From positions 30,318,001 through 30,382,000 of the forward strand of contig OZ231126.1 in NCBI GenBank assembly GCA_965153355.1: a stretch of DNA of 64,000 bases, given 5' to 3'. Under the pieces are notes generated by a model, which searched no databases, was not told the origin of the DNA, and was given only the letters and a program-made list of their open reading frames with translations. Shown here in pieces: positions 27,447-41,724 of this stretch (positions within the stretch are counted from its first letter, which is position 1; every line of letters begins with the position of its first letter). The position numbers were made by a program, and so were the translations under genes. The stretch is from Flaccisagitta enflata (lineage: Eukaryota).

Positions 27447-28168
27447 GGCCTATCCATTGAATTGCGAACTCTAGGCTGGAAATTAGGCTAGTTAAGGCCC
27501 ATTCCACTGAAGCACGACCTCGTGCTTCAGTGGAATTGGAATTCGTGCTTCAGTGGATTGACTTATGACATCTTTTTGCACTGCAATTGACCTTTTTTCA
27601 TGCTGCAATGAAATAAAAAGTTAAGTTTTTTTATTTGATAGGTTTGATTTCTTTTAATTCAGAATTGTTTTTTTCTTTTCTTTTTCTAAAGTATCTTCTA
27701 TGAATATCTTTATATTTTTTTATTTCAATTTTTTTCTTCTCTTTATCTCTAACAAAGAATCTTTCCTAAACATATTCTTCTTTTTCTTTTCTTTTTTTTT
27801 TGAAGGAAAAAAATTTTTCTTACATGTTATTGCTTTTTTTTTTAAATGATAAAAACTAAAATGTAAAAAAATGTTTTTTTTTATATCAAAATTCTCAAGG
27901 AGAAAAAGGGAGAGATGAAAAGAAATAGAGGAGACAGAGAGAGAGATGGAAAGAAAAGAGGGGATTCCTTGATTCCTTCAAATAAAAGCCTTAAAAAAAA
28001 TCACTTTCTTTATTTTTTCTATTGTGACAAAATAAGTTACTCCCAATTCCACTGAAGCTCGAATTGCAAATGGCACTAGTTATTCTTCATTCCACTGAAG
28101 CACTAGGCTGTGCTTCAGTGGAAATAATTCTAACTTTAGCACGAATTTCGTGATTCAGAGGATGCCCC
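27447..28168. mobile_element. Mutator-type MITE (copy 1; left TSD replaced)
   Basis: Imperfect TIRs GGCCTATCCATTGAAT / ATTCAGAGGATGCCCC; subterminal ttccactgaagc repeats and hairpins; right flank ctactcaac. Confidence 0.7.
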
Positions 28169-28459
28169 CTACTCAACACTATCTAAAATAAGGACAAGAG
28201 CCTTTGGAGCTCTTACTGGTGTTCAATCCGGACCCATCACCACTATCCTTTAAATTTCTGAAAGAAACATTCCCTCTTATATCTTACAAACAAAATTGTA
28301 GATTCTTTTCAAAAGAATACAGATGAGCACTTTTAATCCTGTCTTTACACGACACATGCCATCATTAGGATGATTATTATGTCATATTTTCTTTCCACAG
28401 AAATATGAAATATTTCCAACAGATCACAAATAAAATTATTGGAAAACTTTATGAGAAAA

Positions 28460-28660
28460 GAATGAATGAATGAATAAATGAATGATTGAATGAATGAATG
28501 AATGAATGAATGAATATGAATGAATGAATGAATGAATGAATATGAATGAATGAATGAATGAATGAATGAATGAATGAATGAATATGAATGAATGAATGAA
28601 TGAATGAATGAATGAATGAATGAATGAATGAATGAATGAATGAATGAATGAATGAATGAA
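28460..28660. repeat. (GAAT)n microsatellite; duplicate at ~50756-50971
   Basis: Direct reading. Confidence 0.95.
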
Positions 28661-29605
28661 AGTATGAACAAAGGAACATATGAATTCATCAGTCTTCAAC
28701 CTAATCTACTTTTCTAATAAAAACAATCCACGAAACTATTTCTTAACGATTTCACGTATCAAGAAGAAATGAAAATGAAACAGATCATCGAAATTATAAT
28801 TTGCATAATAAGATCGGAACACCAAAGAAGTTTTTGCGCCATAACTCTATAATTCAATTGTCTCTCATCAGGAACACATTCTTCAAAAAAGAGGGTTGTA
28901 ACTCTGAGAACTGAGAATACGGACACACGCCTCTCAGCCCGCCTCCGAGAGAATAAGAGACAAAGAAGAGAAAAAGGGGAGAAAAAGCGTGCTCAGCCGT
29001 AGCCCCGGGCCACGAAGAATATCAAGAGGAATGTGAATTTTTCAAAGTAATTATCATTTCTTTCTTAAGATGATTTTATTTTCTTTCTCTTGTCACCCGT
29101 CTAACAACTCTCTCTAACAACTTTTGTTTCATTCTCTTGGATATCTTTTTAGTCGAAGAAGAAGTAATTTTGGACTGAGATATAGTCTCATTGACAAAAA
29201 GGAAAAAAGAAAAAAAAAAGAATCTTTTTTTCCCACAATCATTCATTTGAACAAAACCCCTGAGCAGAATCAAAGGTGGAAAGCGGGTTTTGGAGGCCTG
29301 TAAAAGAAGTTTTGAATTCTCTGTTGGGAAATAATTTTTTGGAATTTAATGATCCATGGCCGAAATGATGAGTTTGTAATTACAGCAACAAATCATGAAT
29401 TAAGGGAAGATAAATGCAAGATAAAGAAAAGAAAAACAGAATAGGAGAAAATGAAGAAAAAGATAGACATGACTTGCCATTGAGAGAAAGGCATAACGAT
29501 AATAAACACAGAGTGAGTGAGTGAGTGAGTGAGTGAGTGAGTGAGTGAATGAGTGGGTGGATGAGTGAGTGAGTGGGAGGAGGGGGGTGGGGCAGGGGAG
29601 GGAGA

Positions 29606-29664
<59 letters not shown>

Positions 29665-29793
29665 TTGGTTGGAATCAGAACGTCTTTGACTTGGTTCAAT
29701 CTTAACACGATGTCTTGAGAACATGAGAAATCTAGAAAGGAGATGCTAAAAGAATCGGATAATAAGAAGAAAGGCTACTATAAAATGACAGAA

Positions 29794-29840
<47 letters not shown>

Positions 29841-29932
29841 AGAGTAAGAGTAAGAGAACTTTGCATGTGCACACACACAAACACGCATGCAGACGTACAG
29901 ACATAACACATTCATAATTGCTCGATGATCAA

Positions 29933-30122
29933 TTTTTAGTCGCGTGCTACGCGACTCTACACCTCGGTTTGTCCGTCGGTCGGTTGGTTAGTTGGTCACA
30001 CTTTACTTTTTTTTATGTTTTTTATTCTTTGACTGTACTGCTCCTGCCCAAATGCTCTGGTGACCTCAAATATTCCCTGCCCACCCGCACGCGACTGGGG
30101 TAGCCGTGTATCCGGCCTTGTT
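29933..30122 (+). mobile_element. HINE family A; duplicate at 52292-52481
   Basis: Both termini intact. Confidence 0.85.
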
Positions 30123-30688
30123 ATCTGTTTTTATGCTTTTTCATGTTTGTGTTTTTGTACTTTGACCTTTGTTTGTATCTTGTCCCCTTTGTCCTACACT
30201 TCATGTGTGAACAAATGGCATGAATATATCAGTAATATCACACCCATCAGTCATCATATACGCGTAGTCATAGACTGAAACAGGAAGGACGGGAGACACA
30301 GCTGAGATGGTAAAAGAGAGAACATGAGGCAGATACATTGGGCAGATACATGTGCCTACTCACGTGCGAATACGCGGGGGCAGCGACGCAAAAGCTGCCC
30401 AAAAATGATTGAAGTCGGGCAAAATTTAAAGGCAAAATCTAAAGGCAAAATCTACAGACAAAATTTACAGGCAAAATGTACAGGAAAAATGTACAGGAAA
30501 AATCTACTTACCAACGAACCGGCAAGCATACACCCTCGCTCACACGCGTCTTAAAAACGGCAGAATCATCAATAACATATATTTCAAATTGGTTAAAGGT
30601 TGTTTACATGTACCTTACGGCCGTTTAGATTTGCGTTGAAACACGTTTTATAAGTTTAAATGGTGTCGGTGAAAATTTTCGCATCTAA

Positions 30689-31668
30689 CCTTGGCGTCAT
30701 AAAAAATGGCGGATTTTTAAAAACTATTTTAACCATCTTAATTTAAGAGAAACTAAAAAAAATCGGTGATGGTTGGAAAGCTCTTTGAAAGATCTTTCAT
30801 TTGAGTCGTGTCTGGACATAGTAACTCAAACCGTTTAGAAATTACAGTGATTCAAAGAAAACCTCCATTTTCTTACCCTTACGGTGTGTCATTAAAAAAA
30901 GTCTGCTAATGATTTCATTATTACCAAAATGATAGAAGATTTTGTCCGATTGCCTTCATATTTTTAGTGATGTCTAGATTGTGTGTCTACTGATACCGGT
31001 TCAATTTTTGTGAGAATTGGAAATTTTTTATTTTCTATGGTTTTTGCATGTTCTTTTACCAACCCTCATTCAAATTCTTGAAAAATGATGCAATTTCAAA
31101 AAAAAACTTGTTTATTTCTGAATTATTTGAGCTCACACCCAGTTTACTTCTTTGGGAGAGAGGGCCCTAGATATAGAACTTTGAAAGCACTCTTAAAACT
31201 CTCATAGATTTTTCACAATTTTAACCATAATATTCATGAACAAAGCGCTCAATAAAATCCAATCACTTGATTCTCGAACCACAGTTTGCAAACAGCGTTA
31301 AAATCTTTAGCATGGTGAAAATGATAGTAAAAGTTGTCCGATTTGGATGAAATTTTAGGAGCTGTTAAAGGCAGGTATGTTGTACCACCATATCAAATTT
31401 TATCTTAATCGGATAAGGTTAAGTACGGTTTTTAAGAGATTATGTTTAAGTTATGATCGCTGACACACCGTAAAGGAGTGAAAAAGAGTAGTGTTTTCAA
31501 ATTGATGTAGCTTCTAAACCATTTGAGCGACCATGTTGCGACACACGACTCAAATGAAAGATCTTTCGAAAGGCTTTCTGGACATCATCAATTTTCTTTA
31601 GTTTTTCTCAAATTAAGTTTGTTAAAATAGGTTTTAAAATCTACGCCATTTTTATGACGCCAAGGAGG
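30689..31668. mobile_element. piggyBac-like long-TIR non-autonomous element (copy 1)
   Basis: ctaa|CCTTGGCGTCATAAAAAATGGCGG ... ; ~200-bp imperfect TIRs; TTAA at the right end. Confidence 0.7.
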
Positions 31669-32289
31669 TTAATAGAAATCACGGAAAATGTTTTTGATTC
31701 GTTGTAAAACAAATTGCTTAAAAAAGAGAAGAGAAAAAAATAGATTCATAGCGGGACAGAAAAAAAAATCTTACTTCAATCTTCGGCAATTTTTTAACAT
31801 CCTTTTTAGTGGCGAGTCACGACTCAATAAACGGCTTTGTTTGTTCGTCCGTCCATCCGTGGATCCAACTGTGGATACGTCCGTTTATCTGTCCCTAACG
31901 CACGGGTCCAATAGTGAAGAAAGTCAAATTTGTGTCAATAAAAGGGTTTGGAAATGGGGAAGGAAATCAAAGGCGGAGAAAAGAGAGAGAGAGAGAAAAA
32001 AAGGGGAAAACATAACTTTTGGCAGTACCAAATCATAAAGACTGATTAGAAAAACCTCAATTACACTGTTTTGTTGCTTTATCGGGAAGAAAATCGTAAA
32101 TTTTAAAATACGACTCAACGCTTCGCGGGAAACAAAATCAAAGGAGGGAGGGGGGAAAATAAAAAATGACTCAATTTTATACAGCCCTGAAAAGCAAGTT
32201 AAATGATTTGAAACGTTACAACGATTTGGTTAACAACATGATCGATGCTGATTTGTCACTTTACGCTTTACGAGCATCTCATTTATGTT

Positions 32290-33360
32290 GTGCTTCGTTC
32301 CACTCTTATCTTTCCACTAATATCAATATGGCTTTTCTTCTCTGATCTTCCCTTGTCTTTCCTATATGAATATGGTATGTTTTCATTCTTCCACTTGTCT
32401 TCCCTAAATCAATATGGCTTTTGTTTCTTTGTCTTCCACTTGTCTTCCTATATGAATATGGGTAATGTTTTTAGTTCTTCCCTTGTCTTCCCCTACATCA
32501 ATATGGCTTTTTTGTTTCTTTGTCCTTCCTTGTCTTTCCCTGTATGAATATGGGTAATATTTTTCAGTCCTTCCCTTATCTTCCCCTCGTCAATATGGTT
32601 TTTGTTTACTACTACAGTTCTTCCCTTGTCTTTCCCCTATATGAATATGGGTAATATTTTCCAGTCCTTCCCTTGTCTTCCCCTACATCAATATGACTTT
32701 TGTTTATAAGTTCTTCCCATGTATTTCCTTGTATGAATATGGGTAATGTTTTCAGTTCTTCCCATGTCTTCTACTCACAATCAATATGGCTTTGTTTCTC
32801 TGTTCTTCCCTTGTCTTCCCTATATGAATATAGGTAATGTTTTTTATTCTTCCTTGTCTTCCTCTCATCCAATATGGCTTTGTTTTAACTTTGTCACTTC
32901 CCTTGTCTTTTCTGCATGAATATGGGTAATGTTTTTAAGTTCTTCCTTAATATTTCCCTTTACATCAATATGGCTTTTGTTTATATATCCTTGCCTTTTG
33001 TCTCCCTATATGAATATGAGTAATGTTTTTAAACTCTTCACTTGTCTTTCCTGTTTCTGTATGGCTTTTGTTTCTATGTTCATCCATTGTTTTTCATTAT
33101 ATGAATATGTCTGTATTTTAAATCTCTTGTCTTTCCTTATCAATGTATTTTGTTTCTCTGTCCTTTACATATCTCTTCTATGCTAAATATGGGCCCAGTA
33201 TTTTGATTCTTGCTTGTTTTTCGCACTTTATGAGTATGGCTTTTGTTTCTCTGTTTTTTCTCTCTCTCTCCCTTAATGAATATGGGTAATGTTCTTCAGT
33301 TCTTCCCTTTACTTTCTCAACATGAATATGGCTTTTATTTCTCTATTATTTCCTAATCCT
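32290..33360. repeat. ~92-bp dimeric minisatellite (two ~46-bp subunits), absent from duplicate copy 2
   Basis: gaatatgggtaat recurs at ~92-bp intervals (~32454-33012), alternating with caatatggcttt subunits. Confidence 0.85.
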
Positions 33361-33443
33361 ATGTTCTCACTTCTTGTTTTAGTATTACAAAATAGAATTT
33401 AAATATTTCCACTAAACATGTTGTCAATTGCACCTATTATTCA

Positions 33444-33548
<105 letters not shown>

Positions 33549-33607
33549 AGATTGGAAATGACGTTTCCGGCATTTTTCCTTAAAAACGACAAACGGATCA
33601 TTCATTC

Positions 33608-33980
33608 TTTTTAGTCACGTACTACGCGACTCAACAACCCTCTATATCTGTCAGTCAGTTGGATGGTCAGTCGGATGGTAACACTTTGTTTTTTGCCGTT
33701 TACGGGCGGTTTTTGCAATACGGCTTCTGCCGAAATGCTTGGATAGCCTTTTTTTTATCACTGCCCCTACCCATCCGTACGCAACTAGGGCAGCTGTTTA
33801 TCCGGCCTTGTTTATCACTGCTCCTACATATCCGCGAGCGACTAGGGCAGCTGTTTATCCGGCCTTGTTTATCACTGCTCCTACCTATCCGCGAGCAAAT
33901 AGGGCAGCTGTTTATCCGGCCTTGTTTATCACTGCTCCTACATATCCGTGAGCGACTAGGGCAGCTGTGTATCCGGCCAT
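33608..33980 (+). mobile_element. Diverged HINE family A with four tandem 57-bp copies of its 3' terminal module (two copies at 55880-56138)
   Basis: cagctg at 33791, 33848, 33905, 33962; each unit is a degenerate subterminal IR plus hairpin plus ttg. Confidence 0.8.
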
Positions 33981-34576
33981 ATTCTCTCCAAAATGTAAGA
34001 TGACATCTTTTTGCGTACATTGAAGACAAAGCATCGATTTCTCAACAAGACCACAAAAAGTATCGGTAACGGATTATTATTAAAAACGTAGCTAGCTAGC
34101 TATTTCCTTTAGATTTCCTTAGGAAATAGGCTACGTTTTTAACAATGACCTGTTGTCTTCTTCTGCGTTTATACAACTTCTTCGACAATTGATGCGCCCT
34201 TACGGCCAAATTAGTCGGTCAGGTACATAAATTGGGCGACCAAGAACAGTTTTCTATACCTTACCACAATGACCAAAATTTGTATCATCACCCTTGCTCT
34301 ATGCGCAGTGCCCATAGGTGGGAAACATTAGGCTAGTACGAGTTGCTTTCAACGCGATAATGTTCTAAAAAAATTACCCATTCAATTCCACCTACAAAAA
34401 TGCGGTAGTTAAACCGGTACCTTGAAATCTGTGAAAGTGGGAGTTAATGGTTACATTGTCAAGTGTCAAAAGTCAATTGTCAGTTGTCAATGGTCAATTG
34501 TCAATATTCCCACTGGCTCTTGTCGTAAAACGGACATCTTTGCGTCATTGAATAAAATCTAGGGACAAGTTCAAAA

Positions 34577-35374
34577 ACTATGGCAAAATAAAAAAGCGAA
34601 CGAATTTTGAGAGAGCAAAAATATAAGAAGATTTTGACCAATTTGCACAAAATTTACAGGGAATCATACCCATGATTTCGAGTATTCATCAAAATCTGTT
34701 GAATACTTTAGCTAATGCTAGCCAAAATTCGCTTCTACTCAGATAAAGTCTAATAGGGTAGATATTGGTTGATTGTAATTTGCTCAGGATAAGAAATATT
34801 CAGTTACCTGTAAGAATATTTTTGCAATTTGGGAGACTAAAAAAGCTTCCATCTTCACAAAAATTTTACTGGAGATTACTCATATGCACAAAAGTTACCG
34901 GTTAAAAAATAATGATAATCGGTAAAAAACTATGGCGCATAGCACTACTTTATATTTCAGGTTTCATCTTCATTAACTTCATTCTTAAACCCATTAAAAA
35001 AGTTTTGGAAAATTTGCTGTTTCTTTTGAAATAATCAGAGTTTCGTTATGAAATTTTTACCACAGCCTGCAAACAATGTGGTCTACTTCCACTTCAAATT
35101 TCCTCAAAATCGGACTAGATTAAGTGCGGTTTTTTAAAATTTGTTTATTCATTCTTTGAAAATTCTTATGAGTGTACGATGAATTTCTGATCATTGGACA
35201 AGCACTTTTAAAAAAGCTAAAATTACTAAACTATTTAGGGCAGGACATCGATTTTTTCAGTGATGCTTAATAATACCAAAAAGTAACTCCAGTAAAAATT
35301 TCAGCATACTGGGTGAATTTTCAAAGGATGTAAAAGCAAAGGAAGTAACTGTTCGCTTTTTTTTTGGCCATAGT
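34577..35374. mobile_element. TA-target (Tc1/mariner-type) MITE present only in copy 1
   Basis: TIRs ACTATGGCAAAATAAAAAAGCGAAC / GTTCGCTTTTTTTTTGGCCATAGT|TA; absent at the corresponding site 56733-56738. Confidence 0.85.
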
Positions 35375-36066
35375 TACCTCATTGTACAAATGTTGGTTTG
35401 GACCTGATGTCCCCAACCACCCGCTGGGAATCAGCTCTCAGGTCGTTTCGTTCTTACCGGAATGCTGAATCGATTTCATTCATCTATAATCATCTCTGAG
35501 TCCTGATTATCATTGTTCAAAATTCAAGTGATTGTTATCATCCCGTTCCTGTCATTGTACTTGTCATTTAGCTAAATTCAAGTCAGTTAACCGTGATCAG
35601 GATTTCGGTTGTCACTTGTCATTCCATTTGATGACACGCGACTTTTGTACATGTTATGATTGTCATATCAATGAGAAGTCGTACGCGCGATTCAATGTCA
35701 GGAAGTGTATGCACACTGTTTTTTTTTCCGAAATCTTTTAAAGAACCAATAAAAGCATTTTAATTTTCTTTATATTCAATATTGAAAGAACTATAGCTTA
35801 GCACAGTATAACATGAGAAAAAGCCGCATTTTTTTAATGAAAGCATCAACATCATGTAAAATGATCATTGTGCGATATTTCATTTGATCCGACAAATGAA
35901 ACTTGAACTCAATTGCACAGAGTATGAAACATAACAAATTAGAATATATTCTTCTCTCTGTAAGATCGATAACACTAAGATTCAGAGGGAACACATCCCA
36001 AATCTCTCCCCACGATCGCACTGCGGGGAGACAATCGGATTTGCCAAAATTGTCGTCGGATTTCTT

Positions 36067-36097
<31 letters not shown>

Positions 36098-36883
36098 CCA
36101 GTTTGTCTTTTTTGAACTCTTAAGAATGATCTTTGAGGGAAGATCGATGCATGAAATCTCGCTGACAATTATTCAATTCTTCGGGTCACGTGAACATAAA
36201 AGCCCATTTGTGCACTTCGGGATGCTTAATGCATCTGTAATAACTATTGATCATTTCAGAAAAGTTCATATTCTCAATCAAAACAAAACTGTATTAGAGC
36301 ATAAAGAGTTATCAGATTGATCTAAAACAATTTTTTTTCTCTCTTGTGAGAAGATATCTTAATGGTTGACAAGCACAAAACGCGATAAGGAAGCTAATGC
36401 TTTTAGTTTCTTCAAAAAATAAAGATTTCTATTTCCTGAAAAAATTATGATGCTGCAGTCTGAATACTGTAGAGCGTTGTTTCAAGGATCATAAGTTTTC
36501 TGCAATGAGACTTATGCAAGTAATCACACAGACAATTATTCAATTCTTCATCATCATGTGATCTCTGGTCACGTGAACATAAAAGCCCATTTTTACACTT
36601 TGGAATTCTTTTTGCTAGACTACGGACATGGAAAGAAGTGCTGCTTGGTGTACGCTGGATTGCGTAAAAGTCATGAACAGACGCTTAAAAGAGTTGGGTG
36701 CTTATTGTATATTTTGTGATAGGTGGAACAATATCCCTCACTTTACCCAGACTGAAAAATGTGGAAGAGGGCCTTGTGAGCCCTCACTGACTAGTTACTA
36801 CGCGCATCACTCCTAGTTTTCCATTTAGCAAAAGTAACTTGCAAACATCCATTCTGAGTCTAACCCAAAATACCTATGCTTAC

Positions 36884-37088
36884 CAAAATAGATAAAGGCC
36901 AATGATTGTTACCTTTATTACCAAAATTCAACAAATCACCTGAGGGTAACATTGTTAAGAAACTATACCCTTGAAGGATAGAATCGAGGTCAAGCTTAAA
37001 GCGACCGCCGGACATTCTTATCCAAGGTACTGAGTAGTATATTGCATGCGCATATTGCAGTTTAGAAAGAAGATTCTGCCATGGGCTC
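36884..37088 (-). CDS. Candidate internal coding exon of unknown product (SPWQNLLSKLQYAHAIYYSVPW...HWPLSIL); duplicate at 57977-58181
   Basis: Pyrimidine tract + ttgacAG acceptor, TTG|GTAAGC donor, 68 open codons, intact in both copies; no recognisable domain. Confidence 0.25.
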
Positions 37089-37358
37089 CTGTCAACGCAA
37101 GAATGGAGCAAAAATGCAGCTAGTGAAAAGTCATTGGCATGCATTCATTGACTAGGAATCTAAGGTGATGTTTTTTGGTCTTCGTTCATTGATCATTATG
37201 CCAACTCGTTACTAAACATTGTTTTCACTTAGACAAAAACTGCAGAGACCATAGTGTTGAAATCGAAATTTGTCCCTCAGTGCGGCATCGCTAATTTGGG
37301 AAAATATGCGAGAAATATCTGTTACATTTACAAAACATTGTACATTCAACGCTCAATT

Positions 37359-37465
<107 letters not shown>

Positions 37466-37569
37466 CAGGTATACTCATAAATATATGATTTAGAGAAGGA
37501 TTTTTTTCAAAGTGTTATTTGACATAACTTTACTAACTTAAACCATAAATCATTCTTGAAATCGTAGAT

Positions 37570-38140
37570 AACAAGTCATCCAAGGATCGCACATAGTCAG
37601 CGGTACCCAATGCCCTGCTTGGAGTGATTAAAGCCAGTGGAAAAGTGGAGTGAGAGCAGGGCAGCAACCCAAAAGGGCCGATGTCCTGTCGAACACAAAT
37701 TCGAATTTCCACTTACGTCCTGAGATGGCATATTTTGCATTTTTGGGGTAATTTTCTGTGATATTCATTGGGAATTTTTTTCTTTTTTCTGTCAATTTGC
37801 TTATGTTCTTCTATGAGAATTTGAAGTCTGAAGGCTGGATTTAGAAGCCCAGAGGCTGGATTTGAGGCCTGAGAGGCTGGATTTGAGGCTGGGAGGCTGG
37901 GTTGAGGCCTGAGAGGCAGATTTGAGGCCTGAGAGGAAGCAGTTTGAGACTGGGAGCTTGATTTGAGGCCTGAGAGGCCAGATTGGGGTCCTGAGAGCCC
38001 TGATTTGAAACCTGAGAGGCTGGATTTAGGGCCTGAGAGGGTGGAGAAGCGGAGGGGGACATCGTATAATGTCAGACCAGTTGTGTGGTTCACCCCTGTG
38101 TCCTACAGGACATCGGCCCTTTGGGGCCGCTGCCCAAAAA
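37570..38140 (-). mobile_element. HINE-like family C with 21-bp array; duplicate at 58873-59430
   Basis: IRs plus (tttgaggcctgagaggctgga)n. Confidence 0.8.
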
Positions 38141-38749
38141 GCAAATGAGATCAAAACACAGTGTGTCCAATGGTGATGATATCTTTACAACACCGCATAT
38201 CAATTTTAACCAGATTTTTTCATTTGAATTCTAAGTAAAAAAAGATAGAATTCTGAAATTTTCTTCAATCCACTGTCTTCATAACTAATAAACGTAGTTT
38301 GTTAAAACATTCGTTCTCGTGGTCATGTGTTAAAAACTAAATGTACAGTGATTCTTTTCGGGCATCAAATACCTCAGGCATAGCATTTTGATACACAATG
38401 AAAAGAATTTCATTAACATTACATCTGGTATGAATTTACCATAACGTCAATATGTAAATTTTTTATTGGCTTAGAGGTTTACAACAAGATTTTAAATTAA
38501 AATTTTGTTGATAAATATCTAGTATAACTTTTAAAAAATCCTTAATGTTGTTTTATATATAAGAAATATATAAGAAATAATGAGCACTGTTATCAGCAAA
38601 GCCAGTTTATAGTGCGGTCACCCTTTGGGCGCGCTGCAAATCCAATTACATCTGATTAGGCAAAAACTATCGCAATAATTTTAGAATCAAGATACAACTC
38701 CGCTCATATATGACAACAACAAAGCCAAAACCCAATTTGAGGATGACAA

Positions 38750-39153
<404 letters not shown>

Positions 39154-39195
39154 ATATATCACCAGAGCATGAAAAATTCCCGTGCTAAGTTTTAA

Positions 39196-39419
39196 AAAAC
39201 AAGGCCGACACCTATCAGTCGCGTGCGAGATTTACATTTAGAATGACTAAGAATGACTTAAAATGACTAAGTATACTCTTATATGACCTAAAATGACAAA
39301 AAAAAAAAAAAATAAATAAAATTGATGAAAAAAATAAAATGGGCACCGACCGACCAACTGACCGACCAACGGACGGACGGACCAAGTGGGGTGTAGAGTC
39401 GCGTGCACGCGACTAAAAA
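39196..39419 (-). mobile_element. HINE family A variant with 10-bp aatgactaag repeats; duplicate at 60222-60442
   Basis: aacaaggccgacacctatcagtcgcgtgcgaga ... gagtcgcgtgcacgcgactaaaa. Confidence 0.8.
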
Positions 39420-40229
39420 GATTGATCAATCTGTTGTTGTCTCAATGATTGAAAGACAGACGAAAAGACAGGCACAAACACAGACACCCCCCACACACAT
39501 CTAAGCATACATACATGCTTATAACACATACAAGAATTTAGCCTATGACAGACACAATTTGTTAGTTCCTTGAAATCCATTTAAGCGACAAGCGAAACTG
39601 TATGTGAATCACTTTCAAAAAGAACAGACTCTCCTCAGGCCACACAAGACCAAATCGCAGATTCATCATTCTAACACAACCACTCCTAACTTTTCTGTTT
39701 GATTTTAATTCAACAGTTAAGTTTCACAGCACATGTCGAGGGAATGGACAAAAATAGTGAAACTGCCTTACTGCCAATTAATGATCTACGTATTGCGTCT
39801 AAATTCGTCAACAATGATTGCGACCATATGCAAACTATAAAACCTTTAATGGGACAGCAATTTTTTTATGCATGCGGGTACGCGGGTATACGGGTATGCC
39901 TTGATAGCGGATGCTCCACTGTGCTTGTCGCTGTCCTCAATAGCTTCTCATTCAGTTCTTCTTGCATGGTGACTTACCATATTGTGAAGTTCGGTTGCAC
40001 ATCCACTTTGCGTATTGGGACACCCGCGTTTCCTCCAAAATGGCGGCCTCAATATGTAGGCCAAATTCAATTAATGCTTGGATACTTCTTTCAATAAGAA
40101 TCTTCTTCCATAACAGTTAAGGAAAGATCTCTACCAGCATTGGCCTTCAGATTCCACCAAGTCCTTCTTTCTCACCATAAAAGCCTGTGCTTCGTTTTTT
40201 CTTTCTTCTCCTCTCCCATTCTTATTCTC

Positions 40230-40720
<491 letters not shown>

Positions 40721-40893
40721 ATTCAATCAACTACAAAAACTGCACTGAAGCTTGATTCAAAAGTTATAAAACAGGTGTAACAGTGACAGATCATATGGTG
40801 CACGTAAATCGCAATATATCGTGGCCTTGGCCTTGAGTAATCGCGGTCTGCTGATGGTCGATGGTCAAACTAATTCTATTATCATTTTGACTA

Positions 40894-41459
40894 CACTTTT
40901 TTTTTTTATAAGAGACTTTTTTATAAGAGACATGAGGCTGAGATTCACTGAAAATTTAAGACAAAATAAAGGGCAAGCTCCAGGCTGACTTTTGCCTCAA
41001 CTTATTCTTAGCGTGCACGCGACTCTACACCCCGCTTTGTCCGTCCGTTGGTTGGTCGATCAATTAATCAGTCAGTTGGTCCCCATTTTACATTTTTATC
41101 AATTTTATTTCTTTAAGTCATTTAAGTCTTTTTAGGTTAAACTAAGTCATTCTAAGTCATGCTAAGTCATTCTGTTACTAACAGATTCTGTTAGTCTCGC
41201 ACGCGACTTTTAGGTGTTGGCCTTGTTTTTCCTTTTATTACAAGTAAGAGTAGTGAGTGTAGTTAAAGTAGTAATAGTAGCAGCAAAAGTAGTAGTAGTA
41301 TCAGTAGTAGTAATAGTAGTAGTAGTAGTAGTAGTTGTAGTAGTAAAAGTAGTATTAGTGGTAGTAAAAGTAGTAATGTGGTAGTAGTAGTAATAGAAGT
41401 AGTAGTAGTACTAGTAGTAGTAGTAGTACTAGTAGTAGTAGTAGTACTAGTAGTAGTAA

Positions 41460-41497
<38 letters not shown>

Positions 41498-41724
41498 ATA
41501 GTAGCAGTAGTAGTAATAGTAGCAGTAGTAGTGATAAAAATAGTAGTAATAGTAGTAGTATCAGTAGTTGTGATATCAGTATCAGTAATACTAATAGTAG
41601 TAATGGATTAAGTCAGGGAAAAATAAGAACAAATTAAGAGAATTCGAGGCTGAAAATGACTTGGAATTTAAGAACACTCAGGCTGAGTTGAAAAAAGGTT
41701 GTCTCTTATAAAAAAAAAAAAGTG
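40894..41724. mobile_element. Tc1/mariner-type MITE containing a nested HINE (~41008-41230) and a (TAG)n tract (~41250-41600)
   Basis: TA|CACTTTTTTTTTTTATAAGAGAC ... GTCTCTTATAAAAAAAAAAAAGTG|TA. Confidence 0.85.
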
